Shown in pieces: positions 27,873 through 38,088 of a stretch of DNA of 64,000 nucleotides. Location of the stretch: assembly GCA_046756545.1 (NCBI GenBank), contig JBHHWM010000002.1, positions 5,776 to 69,775 of the forward strand. Reading direction: 5' to 3'. The stretch comes from Rhodothermales bacterium (GTDB lineage: Bacteria; Bacteroidota; Rhodothermia; Rhodothermales; JBHHWM01). Position numbers and translations under genes: made by a program. Position 1 is the stretch's first letter; each line of letters starts with the position of its first letter. The notes below the pieces were generated by a model. It worked only from the letters and a program-made list of their open reading frames with translations, made no database searches and had not been told where the DNA came from.

Positions 27873-28202
27873 TTAGTGATCACGTGGCAAGTGTTCCGCG
27901 AGCGCCTTGGGCCGAGGGACTAGCACGGGACCCCAAGCGTTATCCGATCCGCCGCATTCGTAGAGCGTGCATTCGCCTGCTGCATTCCGCTCCTTGCAAA
28001 CACACCTCCCACCGTCGCCAACGAGTCTGATAGTTGGGAAGGCATCGGCATGCCACCCGCCCTGGGCGGCTATCGCTTCTTGCAAGCTCTCCAGGCTCGG
28101 AGCAAGGTTTTTTTCAGGCTCCTCGCTGTTGATAAAATCACAGGCCGGCAGGAGCAAGAGCACGATCATGCTCATCAAAAGAAGAAATCGAAAGCGTTTC
28201 AT
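27873..28202 (-). CDS. Small Cys-containing lipoprotein, hypothetical
   Basis: It has the signal/lipobox LLLLPAC and the mature segment GGRCVCKERNAAGECTLYECGG with 4 further Cys. It is 109 aa. Confidence 0.45.
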   Translation of the reverse strand: MKRFRFLLLMSMIVLLLLPACDFINSEEPEKNLAPSLESLQEAIAAQGGWHADAFPTIRLVGDGGRCVCKERNAAGECTLYECGGSDNAWGPVLVPRPKALAEHLPRDH

Positions 28203-28395
28203 ATCGCACCTCCTTCAGAGGGTTATTTTCATTTTATGGCTGCATCATGACGCGTAGCGCGTGGATTTTGCCTGATTCCTTTGTGCCTGCGATCATGATG
28301 CGTTCATAAGGAGATGCGCAGCCGCGTTCCAGATTGGAACGGTACACGGTCAGGACATAATGGCAATAAGACGCTGATAACCTGAGATGTGCGTG

Positions 28396-29544
28396 TCAGG
28401 ATAGCGCTCGCATGCATCGGTTGCGGAGATCGGCGAGGCGTTCGACGGGCTCGTTGCTGAAGACGAGGCGGACGAACTGATCGCTGTTGCGTTCGCCCCA
28501 GTCGCGCATGGGCGTGGCGGCCACTCTGCCGCGTTCCAGCAGGAGGCGCGAGGCCGTAAATGAATCGTAGCCCAGTGCTCCGACGTCCAGCAATTGCGAC
28601 CAGCCGCCCGTCGCGGAGATGGTGGGCCAGTCGTGCAGTTGTTCGTTGAGTACGTCCCGCCGCCGTTGCCATTCCGCAACGCATGCCTCCAGGTCGGCCC
28701 GGGGTGATTGCAAGGCGGCTAGGGCACCGGCCTGTGCGATGCCCGTCGGCGTGACGACGTTATAGATGTGGACGCGAGCAATGTCGGCCATGATGGCTTC
28801 CGGTCCCACCACCCAGCCGATGCGCCAGCCGATCATCCGGTATTCTTTCGAGACCGAGCCGACCGTGATGGTGCGCTCGGCCATGCCGGGCAGCGCGGCG
28901 GGATGGATCAGCGGGTGCCCGTCGAAGAGGATGCGTTCCATGGCGGCGTTGTAGAGCAGCCAGAGGTCGTATTCGCGGCACAACGCCGCCACGACGTCCC
29001 ATTCTACCTGAGTCAGCACCGCTCCCGAAGGCATCGACGGATTCATGAGAAACACCACACGCGTGCGTTTGCTAACGGCGGCTTTTAGCGCGTTTAGGTC
29101 GAGTCGCCAGGTGCCGTCCTGCACCACAAAAGGCACCAGCCGGGGCACTGCTCCGGCCAGGCGCACGCGATAGATCATGCCCGCATACGTGGGATCCGTC
29201 AGGATGACTTCGTCGCCGGGGTCGGTCGTAGCCAGTAGGGCATCGAGCATGCCTTCGGTGCCCCCGCAGGTGATGACGACATGCTCCGGGCGATAGCCGT
29301 GGCCGGCGTGTGCGCCTGCATGATGAGCCACCGCTTCGCGCAGCGTGTGTTTGCCGGTGAACGGGAGGTAGCTGTTGTCGTCGTCGTTGCCGAGCGCGGC
29401 CTGTGTGGCGGCACGCACGCCGGAGGGCGGGGCAAGGTCGGTGTCGAGGTTTTCCAGCCGCAATACCTCCGGGTCATCCCCGGCGGCTGCAGCTACGCGG
29501 TCAATCGAGAAGCCGGGAATACCGTGGAGTCGTTGCACGGACAT
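28396..29544 (-). CDS. Pyridoxal-phosphate-dependent aminotransferase (class I/II)
   Basis: It is 382 aa. The motifs are NLDTDLAPP, Y.PFTGKHTLREAV, MNPSMPSG and SVSKEYRMIGWRIGW, which includes the PLP lysine context SxSK. Confidence 0.85.
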   Translation of the reverse strand: MSVQRLHGIPGFSIDRVAAAAGDDPEVLRLENLDTDLAPPSGVRAATQAALGNDDDNSYLPFTGKHTLREAVAHHAGAHAGHGYRPEHVVITCGGTEGMLDALLATTDPGDEVILTDPTYAGMIYRVRLAGAVPRLVPFVVQDGTWRLDLNALKAAVSKRTRVVFLMNPSMPSGAVLTQVEWDVVAALCREYDLWLLYNAAMERILFDGHPLIHPAALPGMAERTITVGSVSKEYRMIGWRIGWVVGPEAIMADIARVHIYNVVTPTGIAQAGALAALQSPRADLEACVAEWQRRRDVLNEQLHDWPTISATGGWSQLLDVGALGYDSFTASRLLLERGRVAATPMRDWGERNSDQFVRLVFSNEPVERLADLRNRCMRALS

Positions 29545-29572
29545 GGGCCTGCGGGCTGGGCACGTTTGGGGA

Positions 29573-30718
29573 TTACACCTCCGCTAATCGACGTTCCCGA
29601 ACACGCTCGTAATAGGCCTCGTACTGGGGGATGATGCGTTCGACATCAAACGCGTCGATGGCGCGTTTTCGGGCGGCCTCGGCCATGTGGGCCTGCCGCT
29701 CGTCGTTCGTGAGGATCTGCTGGGCGCACTCGGTAAACGCGTCGATGTCGCCGAGCGGATGAAGACAGCCGCCCTCGCTGTTGCCGATCAACTCGGGCAG
29801 GCCGCCGATGTCGCTGCAGATGACCGGCACGCCGCATGCCATCGCCTCCAGCGCCGCCAGTCCGAACGTTTCGGAGCCGCTGGGCATCATAAATAAGTCG
29901 GCGATGGAAAGGATTTCTTCGATAGGTTCCTGTTTGCCCAGGAAACGGATATCTTCATAGACGCCCAGCTCGCGGGCCAGGTGTTCGACGGGCACGCGGT
30001 CGGGGCCGTCGCCGACCAGCAGGAGCTTGACGGCGAGGCCGTCCTGGCGCAGCCGGTGAAAGACGCGCACCACGTCCGAAGCTCGCTTCACGGGGCGGAA
30101 GTTGGAGACATGCACGAGCACCTTCTCGCCGTTGGGACACAGCGCCCGCTTAAAGTGTTCTTTGTTGAGCCGCCGGAAGCGCCGGGTATCGATGAAGTTG
30201 GGGATGACCTCGATGTCGTTGGTGATGTCGAATTTGTCGAGGGTTTCCTGGCGCAGATAGTTCGATACCGCCGTTACGCCGTCGGAAGCATTGATCGAGT
30301 ACGTCACGACGGGGGCAAACGAGGGATCCTGCCCGACGATGGTGATATCGGTGCCGTGCAGCGTGGTGACGACCGGGATAGGATGGGCCTGCTCGTCGAG
30401 AATTTGCCGGGCGAGGACGGCGCTGGTGGCGTGCGGGATGGCGTAGTGCACGTGCAGCAGATCGAGCTTTTCATACCGCACCGCATCGACCATCTTGCTG
30501 GTAAGCGCGAGCGAGTAGGGAGGGTACTCGAACAGGGGATACGTGTTTACGTTGACTTCGTGAAAGCAGATGTTTTCGGTGATGTGGGCCAGGCGGAACG
30601 GGAGCGAGTAGGCGATAAAGTGGATCTGGTGTCCGCGCGCAGCGAGGGCCTTGCCCAGTTCGGTAGCGACGACGCCGCTGCCTCCGTAGACCGGATAACA
30701 CGTGATTCCTATTTTCAT
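29573..30718 (-). CDS. bshA: N-acetyl-alpha-D-glucosaminyl L-malate synthase (bacillithiol biosynthesis glycosyltransferase)
   Basis: It matches the BshA pattern I remember from Bacillus along its full length: MKIGITCYPVYGGSGVVATELGKALAARGHQIHFI, TTLHGTDIT, HVSNFRPVKR, LLLVGDGPD and ESFGLAALEAMACGVPVI. Confidence 0.82.
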   Translation of the reverse strand: MKIGITCYPVYGGSGVVATELGKALAARGHQIHFIAYSLPFRLAHITENICFHEVNVNTYPLFEYPPYSLALTSKMVDAVRYEKLDLLHVHYAIPHATSAVLARQILDEQAHPIPVVTTLHGTDITIVGQDPSFAPVVTYSINASDGVTAVSNYLRQETLDKFDITNDIEVIPNFIDTRRFRRLNKEHFKRALCPNGEKVLVHVSNFRPVKRASDVVRVFHRLRQDGLAVKLLLVGDGPDRVPVEHLARELGVYEDIRFLGKQEPIEEILSIADLFMMPSGSETFGLAALEAMACGVPVICSDIGGLPELIGNSEGGCLHPLGDIDAFTECAQQILTNDERQAHMAEAARKRAIDAFDVERIIPQYEAYYERVRERRLAEV

Positions 30719-30951
30719 ACCTGAGCTTATGATGGAGATCCACGATCAGGACGAGGCCTGATGGATGCATTTGGAACAGTAGGGGTCAAATGGGAGAACC
30801 CATCAGTCCGGCTCAGGTTGCACGATGGAGCCGTGACCAATGGGTAGCTATGCGCGGCTTACAAGAGGCCGTGCGTCTACCTGAGGCAACAGCTTCACGC
30901 CGGTTTCGTACTAAGCCTTTGTGTTCACTATCAATAAAGGAATCCACTGCT

Positions 30952-31593
30952 ATGAAAGGTCGTTCGCTTCAGGTTGTTTTCTCGATAGCTTTTCTCGTGT
31001 CTTGTCTGTTGAGCGTGCGGCCGGCGCAGGCTCAGTTTGCCCGGTTTGGCGTAACCGCCGGTCTCAACTTCGACCGGCTCAGCGACGTGGTGTTGAATAG
31101 CGTGGACGCCAACTTCGAAAGCAGTACGGGCTGGCATCTCGAAGTGTGGGCCGATCTGCCGCTCGGGCCTGTCGCGGTGCGTCCGGGGCTGCGCTACATG
31201 GATGCCGGCCATCTTTTTCAGGGACTTTCCGACGTGTCGTCGGGCGTCAGAGAAGACTTCGACATCAACCTCGTGGAGGTCCCCATCGCCGCACGCTTTC
31301 GGTTCAGTACGCCGGCGGTGAAGCCCTACGTGTTTGCCGGTCCGGTCCTGCGTTTTCCGGTAGGCGTCTCGGACGATCTTGACGGCGATCTGGAGTCGCC
31401 GAGCGTGGCCGGAGAACTCGGCCTGGGTGTGGAAGTGTCGCTGGGAGTCGTAACGCTCTACCCGGAAATATCCTTCACCTTCGGCATTTCTCGGTTCGTG
31501 GCGGATGAGTTTACCATCGGCTTTGAGGATTTTTCCACCGACGATCGCCAACATCTCAACACGGCGATGCTGCGTCTGGGCATCGGGCTGTAG
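30952..31593 (+). CDS. Porin-family outer-membrane beta-barrel protein (OMP_b-brl_2-like)
   Basis: The signal peptide is ...LLSVRPAQA/QF, followed by FGVTAGLNFDRLSD. The sequence has alternating beta-strand character and the C-terminus is MLRLGIGL. I trimmed the start to MKGRSLQ. Confidence 0.6.
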   Translation: MKGRSLQVVFSIAFLVSCLLSVRPAQAQFARFGVTAGLNFDRLSDVVLNSVDANFESSTGWHLEVWADLPLGPVAVRPGLRYMDAGHLFQGLSDVSSGVREDFDINLVEVPIAARFRFSTPAVKPYVFAGPVLRFPVGVSDDLDGDLESPSVAGELGLGVEVSLGVVTLYPEISFTFGISRFVADEFTIGFEDFSTDDRQHLNTAMLRLGIGL

Positions 31594-31598
31594 CCGGC

Positions 31599-32648
31599 TC
31601 AATCCATCTTCAGGTTGACGACGATGGGGAAGTGGTCGGTGTGGGTGGTCGGGTCGTGCGCCTGGACGTAGACAACCTCGCGCACCCGGCGATAGAGGGC
31701 CGGAGAGAGCAAGATGTGATCGATGGCCGATAGTTCACCCGGCCCGACGCGTCCATCCTGGTCGCGGTCGTAGAAAGACGTGAAGCGTTCGATCTGGGGG
31801 ACTTCAGCGATCAGGTTGCGGAGGTCGTCGTCCGGGTCCGGGCCGGCGGCTTTGATACGCTCCAGCACGTTCGTGATGGGACGGTGGTCGCCGATGTCGA
31901 GCGTCTGGTCGTCGAAGTCGTTGAAGTCGCCGAGGACGATCACGTCTCGTCCGGCTTCTGTCTCCTGGGCGATGAGGCGTCGGATGACTTCGGCCTGCGC
32001 TTCGCGCCGGTCCTTGCGGTCGGGGTCGTCGGGGCGTGCCAGAAGGTGCAGGCCGATGATGGTGGTCGGCACATCGCCCAGCATGAGGCGGGCATACATG
32101 TTCTTACTGACACCGTACGTGTCGTCCGAAGCGCCTACGTTGGTTCGCTCGTCAGTTCGTCCTATTTTTTCAACCGGCACCCTGGAGAGCAATCCCACAT
32201 CCTGCCCGGTGAAACGGTCGTTGCCCTGTACAAAATGGACGTCATAGCCCATACCGGCCAGCGATTCATCGACCAGCAGTTGCATGGCCCGGCAGTTTTC
32301 CACCTCCTCCAGCATCACAACATCGGCGTCGAGCATGCGCACGATGTCTCCGATCCGGTTGCGGTGGGCGCGTGCTTTCTCCGGGTTGCCCTTGTGCGGG
32401 AACGTGGCCCGGCCTTCTTCGCCAAAGCCGTCGAACATGAATTCGGTATTGAGCGTGGCCACGCGCAGGCCGTCGCTGAAGGCATAGGTCGGGGGCGCTT
32501 CAGGGCGGAAGGCGAACGGGGCGGTTGGCTCGGCAACCGGTGTGCGAGGCGGGGACGCACAACGTAGCGGCAAGGCCAGCGCGAACAAGAGCCATGTCCA
32601 CCGCGCCACGACGCGGTGGGTTCGTAGCGGAACGACGGATACGGGCAT
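31599..32648 (-). CDS. Endonuclease/exonuclease/phosphatase (EEP) family protein, exported
   Basis: The motifs are VATLNTEF, DVVMLEEVE, VIVLGDFND and TDHFPIVVNL, the last being the EEP catalytic His. The start is probably MPVSVVPL at 32648. Confidence 0.72.
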   Translation of the reverse strand: MPVSVVPLRTHRVVARWTWLLFALALPLRCASPPRTPVAEPTAPFAFRPEAPPTYAFSDGLRVATLNTEFMFDGFGEEGRATFPHKGNPEKARAHRNRIGDIVRMLDADVVMLEEVENCRAMQLLVDESLAGMGYDVHFVQGNDRFTGQDVGLLSRVPVEKIGRTDERTNVGASDDTYGVSKNMYARLMLGDVPTTIIGLHLLARPDDPDRKDRREAQAEVIRRLIAQETEAGRDVIVLGDFNDFDDQTLDIGDHRPITNVLERIKAAGPDPDDDLRNLIAEVPQIERFTSFYDRDQDGRVGPGELSAIDHILLSPALYRRVREVVYVQAHDPTTHTDHFPIVVNLKMD

Positions 32649-32784
32649 ACGGTGGGGGGAAGGTACAGGTGGTGGAAGCACATGGGCCAAGATACGAGAA
32701 GGCAAGGTCCCTTTCCGTTTTGGCGCGTGGTCCGTTAAGAAAAAAGGAGGCCTGTGTTCCCCGCACGTGCCGCACCGTGCGCCA

Positions 32785-33477
32785 TTACATCACGCCTTCG
32801 TAGAATCGAAAACGCTCGGCAATGAGCTTGACGGGACGATTCGGCGTGATCGGCTGTATGCCGCGAACCCACGGTGGATGCTCGTCGCCTCCCATGGCCA
32901 CTTCACTGTAGAAATGGCGGGTTCGGTCGGAGAACGGACGCAAGTGGGCCTGCGCGTGACGTACATAATAGGCCAGGGACAACGTTCGCTGCCAGCCCCG
33001 CGCCTGCGTGTCAACGTCGAGGCTGCTGTAGTAGCGGCGCTTCCGGCTGTTCGGGTTGAAGGCACTGAACTGGTAGGCATCCAGCACAACGTCCTGGTAC
33101 GTGCGTTTTCCCCGATAGGCTGTTTCGACGCGGTTGCGCACGACCCAGGCTACCAACTCTTGTTCTTCAAGCCGCTTACTCTCGGTGTAGACGACGCGTG
33201 CCAGCCAGAGCGTTTCCGAGTCGATGAGTTCCGGAGGGACCCGGGGCATCGTTCTCGGGTTGCGCAGGGCTTCTTCTATCTGGGCTGCCGGGAGAAGGGA
33301 GGATGTTGCGTCGGTGGACGTTTCGGGCAACGGGGCTTCCTCCGGAGGCGTCTTCCCACGCCGCGTATGATCCAGCCAATCCTTTCGGATAAGCAAAAGT
33401 CCAGCGAGGAGAATCACTACCGAGCATCCATAAGCTCCTAGCCGTGACTTTATGGTGAACTGTTTTATATGATCCAT
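32785..33477 (-). CDS. SleB-family (Hydrolase_2) cell wall hydrolase, membrane-anchored paralogue
   Basis: LWLARVVYTESKRLEEQELVAWVVRNRVETAYRGKRTYQDVVLDAYQFSAFN is clearly paralogous to the gene at 7686-8453. The anchor is GCSVVILLAGLLLI. I trimmed the start to the ATG at 33477. Confidence 0.7.
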   Translation of the reverse strand: MDHIKQFTIKSRLGAYGCSVVILLAGLLLIRKDWLDHTRRGKTPPEEAPLPETSTDATSSLLPAAQIEEALRNPRTMPRVPPELIDSETLWLARVVYTESKRLEEQELVAWVVRNRVETAYRGKRTYQDVVLDAYQFSAFNPNSRKRRYYSSLDVDTQARGWQRTLSLAYYVRHAQAHLRPFSDRTRHFYSEVAMGGDEHPPWVRGIQPITPNRPVKLIAERFRFYEGVM

Positions 33478-33780
33478 ACAGGATGGATGGTTGCTTCGTA
33501 GGATAGCTTCTGATAGGGCCTCGAAATTGCTTTCGAACAACCGTACTCCTTTCCCTATCACATGGTGTACCAAATCGTATGATGTCGGGGGCGCCGTACG
33601 TTAAGGGGTAGGTTTATGTTTTTGTAAAAGCGGGGTTTACCTGTTAATTGAGATAATTTTCATATCACGTTCTTCCTTTCTTTAGAGTGGCCGCTATGTG
33701 CGGCAAAGGTTTCTGGGTTTGTACTTTCTTTCTTGAAATACACGCGACTTCCGGCCGGTAACCAACCGCGACATAGAGGG

Positions 33781-34971
33781 ATGCCCGCGATGCCGTTGCA
33801 CATCCTGGTAGATGAAAACATCCCGCTGGCGAGCGAAGCCTTCAGCACGCTGGGGCGGGTAACGTGTCTGCCGGGACGGCGGATGACGCCGGAAGCCGTG
33901 CGCATCGCCGACGTCCTCCTGGTGCGCAGCGTGACACGGGTCGATGCGGCCCTGTTGGAAGGCAGTGCCGTGCGTTTCGTCGGTTCAGCAACCATTGGGA
34001 CGGATCACGTGGATCGGGCCTATGTGCAAGAACGGGGGATTGCCTTTGCCTATGCGCCCGGTTCCAATGCGGAATCCGTCGTCGAGTATGTGCTGGCGGC
34101 GCTGTTGCGGTTGTCGGTAAGGAAGGCCGAGGCATTGCGCGGCAAAACGGTCGGTATCGTCGGGTGCGGCCATATCGGGGGCCAACTGGCAGTTCGGTTG
34201 CCTGCATTCGGCGTGCGGGTGTTGAAAAACGATCCTCCCCTGGCCGAGCATGCTCGTCAGGCCGAGAGGCCGCATGACTTCGTACCGCTGGACAAGGTAC
34301 TGGCCGAGGCTGACATCCTTACTTCACACGTGCCGCTCACGCGGGAAGGTCCGCACGCTACCTATCACCTCCTCGATGAAACCACGTTACGCCGGATGAA
34401 GCCGGGAGCCTGGCTGCTCAACACGGCGCGCGGGGCCGTCGTCTCGAATGAGGCGTTGAAAGCTGTGCTTGCGGACGGTCATCTGGGTGCGGCGGTTCTC
34501 GACGTGTGGGAAAACGAGCCGGTGCCGGACCCCGGCCTGCTGCACCTCGTCGATCTGGCTACTCCGCACATCGCCGGTTATTCATTCGACGGAAAGATCC
34601 GGGGCACACGTATGCTGTACCAGGCGCTGGTCGACTATCTGGATGTGCTGCCGACGTGGGATGCCGGGGCCGCGTTGGCTCCCGGCCCGGACGAGGTCCT
34701 GCCTCTCGCCGTCCCCGATCCTATGCTTTCCGAGATGGTCTGGTTGGATCACCTCGTGCGGCAGATGTACGACCTTCAGGCCGACGATGCGCGCCTGCGC
34801 CGTCTGCTGACGTTGCCGCCGGAGAAGCACGCGGCATACTTCAGCGGCTTGCGCAAGCAGTATCCGCGCCGCCGCTCGTTCACGCGGCACACCCAGGCGC
34901 ACCGCGACATACCTGACCGGTATCGAACACTCATAGAGGAAGGGCTGCGGATTCAACGGGGGCAAGGGTAA
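33781..34971 (+). CDS. pdxB: 4-phosphoerythronate dehydrogenase
   Basis: It is collinear with E. coli PdxB as I remember it: ILVDENIPLA, LLVRSVTRV, FVGSATIGTDHVD, GKTVGIVGCGHIGG, TSHVPLT and HIAGYS. The start is at Met 33781 or 33790. Confidence 0.9.
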   Translation: MPAMPLHILVDENIPLASEAFSTLGRVTCLPGRRMTPEAVRIADVLLVRSVTRVDAALLEGSAVRFVGSATIGTDHVDRAYVQERGIAFAYAPGSNAESVVEYVLAALLRLSVRKAEALRGKTVGIVGCGHIGGQLAVRLPAFGVRVLKNDPPLAEHARQAERPHDFVPLDKVLAEADILTSHVPLTREGPHATYHLLDETTLRRMKPGAWLLNTARGAVVSNEALKAVLADGHLGAAVLDVWENEPVPDPGLLHLVDLATPHIAGYSFDGKIRGTRMLYQALVDYLDVLPTWDAGAALAPGPDEVLPLAVPDPMLSEMVWLDHLVRQMYDLQADDARLRRLLTLPPEKHAAYFSGLRKQYPRRRSFTRHTQAHRDIPDRYRTLIEEGLRIQRGQG

Positions 34972-35118
34972 GCACGCGCATCCGGAAAACCGCATGGTGT
35001 GTTACCCAATGACCCGGCTCGTGCGTCATAGGTACGTCTTTTGTAATGCATGATAAGGGAACGATTTCCGGCGCAGGTGTGCCGATGAGTACGTAGTGAT
35101 CGGGCAGGCCGGACGATA

Positions 35119-38007
35119 ATGTCTTCAAAAGGATACGCGATGATTGGACGAATCTGCCTGGTGACGGTGTTCCTGTGTGGGCTGGCTGCAGCGGGATCGG
35201 GACAGGCGCTCCGCCTCGACGACCTGCCTCCTACCACCGGCAACACCCGCTTTTTTCAGGATCAGTTTGCCGTGCGGTATCCGGGGCTTAGCCTCAACGG
35301 CTTTACGTGTGCCGATCATGCACCGGAGGGCTGTTCACACGGGCTCGGCCTCGCCGAAGTCTTGCACGCCGTTTACGCCGACGCTCCCGTCACCTCGATC
35401 AAAGCGGTGTACGAAAAACTGCTCCTCTCTGCAAACGAGCCTCTCGTTGCGGCTCCGGAAAACAGAGGACAGGTTATCGAGAATGCCCAGCGAATTCAGG
35501 CACGGGCCCTCGTAGCACTTGTTACCTATATCCTGGAGCGAAACGGCAACAGTCTACGCGCCCTCAATGCGCGCACAGGTCCCAACGTACCCTCTCATCG
35601 GGTGGCGCTTCGTCGTTTCAAAGAGGCTATCGCCGAGGCCTCCGCGTTCCAGGTCAATCGGGCCATGAGCAGCGATGCCGTGAAGTGGACGGTGGTGGTG
35701 ACGAGCATGGCTCGCTCCGTCGATTTTTACCTGGCGCTCGAAAATGCCTATCAGCATTACTCCGATCCGGACTACACGGACGAAGAGGCTGACCGCTTGC
35801 TCTCCTGCACCGAGAAGGGTCAATGGTTGTTTAACGTCGCCGAATCCGTCCGGCGGCTCAATGAACTCGGCAACGAAGAACTGATCCCGACGCTGAACCT
35901 GGACGAAGTGCAGCCCGGCAACTGGCCCATGAAGGTGCATGTGGCTGTCGGCTATGCCGTGCTGGCGGCCCAGGTCCACGACGGGCGGTGCTATGCGGCA
36001 CCGGAGCAAGACAACGTGGGCTGGTTCCACCGGGCTCTGCGAAGCGCAGGAGCACCGACCAACCGAAACCGAAGCAAACACTGGAATTACCAGACCGGCA
36101 GCGGCAGGCGTTTCTTCGCCGAAGGACCCTACTATTTTCACTTTGCGCTCCGTGAAATCATTCCTTTCTGGCACGCCGTGCGCCTCAACGGTTTGCTCGA
36201 TGCCCATCCTGATTTCGACCTGGATGATCCTTTTCGAGCCTCGTGGTTTTTCCGGCCGCTTCACTGGCTGGCCGACCTGGCTACCCCCGACGGACGCGTT
36301 CCCGCCCTGGATGACGGCAACAAGGTGCCCCTGCGCGACGCGGCCCTGATGCGCTGGACCCCTGCCTATGGCGACGCGGCGCTCGGTCGTAAAATGGCCT
36401 GGGTTGCCGATCAGCAAGACCGGGGGTGGGGGCCGAGCACGGTGTTATTGCCCGTCGAACTGGCCATCCCCCGCCTGGAGGCCGGGACGGGCCTCCCGCC
36501 GCCGGACATCGGCAACACCGCGGCTGACCAGACCGGCGGAGAGGGCGAGCAGCAACTGGTGATCCGCCGCGCGGCTGGATTCGGAAGCGAGGGAGCTACC
36601 CCGACCCACTACGTGCTGCTCAATGGGGAAAGCGGCGATGCGATCCGACGGGGCGAAGGACACGAGCAAGGCGACCAGATGCAACTGCTCTACTATGTAG
36701 ACGATGTGTCGTATCTGCTCGACTCCGGGTACGATGATGCCGCCGGCCTGACCAACAGCACCTGGAATCATTATGCCGACCACAACGTGATGACGATGGG
36801 ACTGGACCAGGGAAACGGCGAGGGGGGCGTCAAGGTGCCTCGTGTACGCTTGGATCGGCGGCGCGTGGTGTCCAATCATCAGGATATGCGCGTGCTGTAT
36901 CGGGCAACGACCGGGCGGATCGACGTGTTGAATGCCCAGATAGAACTTCACCCGGACGACGACCTGGATCGAGGCCCCGCAGGCGATTACCGGCGTACGG
37001 TGCTTTTTATTCAGGATGCGCATGCGCCGTACCTCATCGACATCAACGCCATCGCCGGGCCGGACGACCCCTTGTTCGAGTACGTGATGCGCTATCACGG
37101 CAACTCGGACGCATTGAGCCGCGTGCCGGAGCGCGACGGCTTTGCGTTCTGGCAACACCTCTGGGCGACCACGCCGGAACCCGTGCGTACCGGCAGCCAC
37201 TTGTTCTTGCAGCCGTTCTCCGTCGAGTATCCGCTGAAAACGACCGTCGAGGACGACCGCGTGCGCGAGACGCTCAACGGCGAACGACCCATCATGCGGC
37301 TCGACATCGAAGGCGGGCCGCCCGGTTTGTCACAGGCTCGCAATCATACGACGGTGGCGTTTATCCGCGCCCTGCCGCATGCCGCCGGGTCCGGCGCCGT
37401 GACCTCGCGCCCGGTCGAGGCACGGACGCATCGGGGGGGCGGGGTGGCTGAGGATACCCTGTTGGCGTGGCGCTACTACACGTGGCAGCACGACCTTTCG
37501 ATGATCGACGTGCTGGCGGTGCGATCCGCCGCCGTCCATCGCGAACCCCACCTCCGCGCCGACGAGGTGCTGGAGGTCAACACTCCCGACGAGGTCCTGG
37601 CGCTCATTATCCCCGCCGATGCCGACTACGGTTTCGCCCGGTTGCGTCGTATCGACGGAGATTGGCGTATCGATCCGGCTTATCATCTCAACCTTGAGGA
37701 GCAGGCCGGGCAGCCCGTCGCTGTCGAGGAGCCACCCGTGTCGGTCTTTTTCAGCCTCGAACCCAACGTGCCGAATCCCTTCAGCACGACGACGGACCTG
37801 CGCTTTTCGCTGCCCATGGCTGCCCACACGACGCTTGTGGTGTTCGACATCAACGGACGAGAGGTGGCCCGGCTCGTGGATGCCTGGCGTGAGGCCGGGC
37901 GGCACCGCGTGGCGTGGGACGCGAGCCGCCTGGCCAGCGGTGTCTACTTCTGCCGCCTTAGCGCCGCCGACTTGGTCGAGACCCGGCGCATGGTGTTGCG
38001 AAAATAG
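35119..38007 (+). CDS. Heparinase II/III-like (polysaccharide lyase-like) protein with T9SS C-terminal sorting domain
   Basis: It has a signal peptide (MIGRICLVTVFLCGLAAAGSGQ). The central FAEGPYYFHF and GEGHEQGDQMQLLYYVDDVSYLLDSGYD...ADHNVM resemble the Hepar_II_III pattern (H.D..sf.l...g..ll.D.G). The C-terminal NVPNPFSTTTDLRFSL...SGVYFCRL...RRMVLRK is a Por/T9SS CTD. Confidence 0.5.
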   Translation: MSSKGYAMIGRICLVTVFLCGLAAAGSGQALRLDDLPPTTGNTRFFQDQFAVRYPGLSLNGFTCADHAPEGCSHGLGLAEVLHAVYADAPVTSIKAVYEKLLLSANEPLVAAPENRGQVIENAQRIQARALVALVTYILERNGNSLRALNARTGPNVPSHRVALRRFKEAIAEASAFQVNRAMSSDAVKWTVVVTSMARSVDFYLALENAYQHYSDPDYTDEEADRLLSCTEKGQWLFNVAESVRRLNELGNEELIPTLNLDEVQPGNWPMKVHVAVGYAVLAAQVHDGRCYAAPEQDNVGWFHRALRSAGAPTNRNRSKHWNYQTGSGRRFFAEGPYYFHFALREIIPFWHAVRLNGLLDAHPDFDLDDPFRASWFFRPLHWLADLATPDGRVPALDDGNKVPLRDAALMRWTPAYGDAALGRKMAWVADQQDRGWGPSTVLLPVELAIPRLEAGTGLPPPDIGNTAADQTGGEGEQQLVIRRAAGFGSEGATPTHYVLLNGESGDAIRRGEGHEQGDQMQLLYYVDDVSYLLDSGYDDAAGLTNSTWNHYADHNVMTMGLDQGNGEGGVKVPRVRLDRRRVVSNHQDMRVLYRATTGRIDVLNAQIELHPDDDLDRGPAGDYRRTVLFIQDAHAPYLIDINAIAGPDDPLFEYVMRYHGNSDALSRVPERDGFAFWQHLWATTPEPVRTGSHLFLQPFSVEYPLKTTVEDDRVRETLNGERPIMRLDIEGGPPGLSQARNHTTVAFIRALPHAAGSGAVTSRPVEARTHRGGGVAEDTLLAWRYYTWQHDLSMIDVLAVRSAAVHREPHLRADEVLEVNTPDEVLALIIPADADYGFARLRRIDGDWRIDPAYHLNLEEQAGQPVAVEEPPVSVFFSLEPNVPNPFSTTTDLRFSLPMAAHTTLVVFDINGREVARLVDAWREAGRHRVAWDASRLASGVYFCRLSAADLVETRRMVLRK

Positions 38008-38088
38008 CGGGTGGACGTAGGAGGGGCGATTCGGCAGCCAGCCGTTCTCCTTTTCCCTACTGGCTCTTCCCTTTTCACCCAGGCGTCG

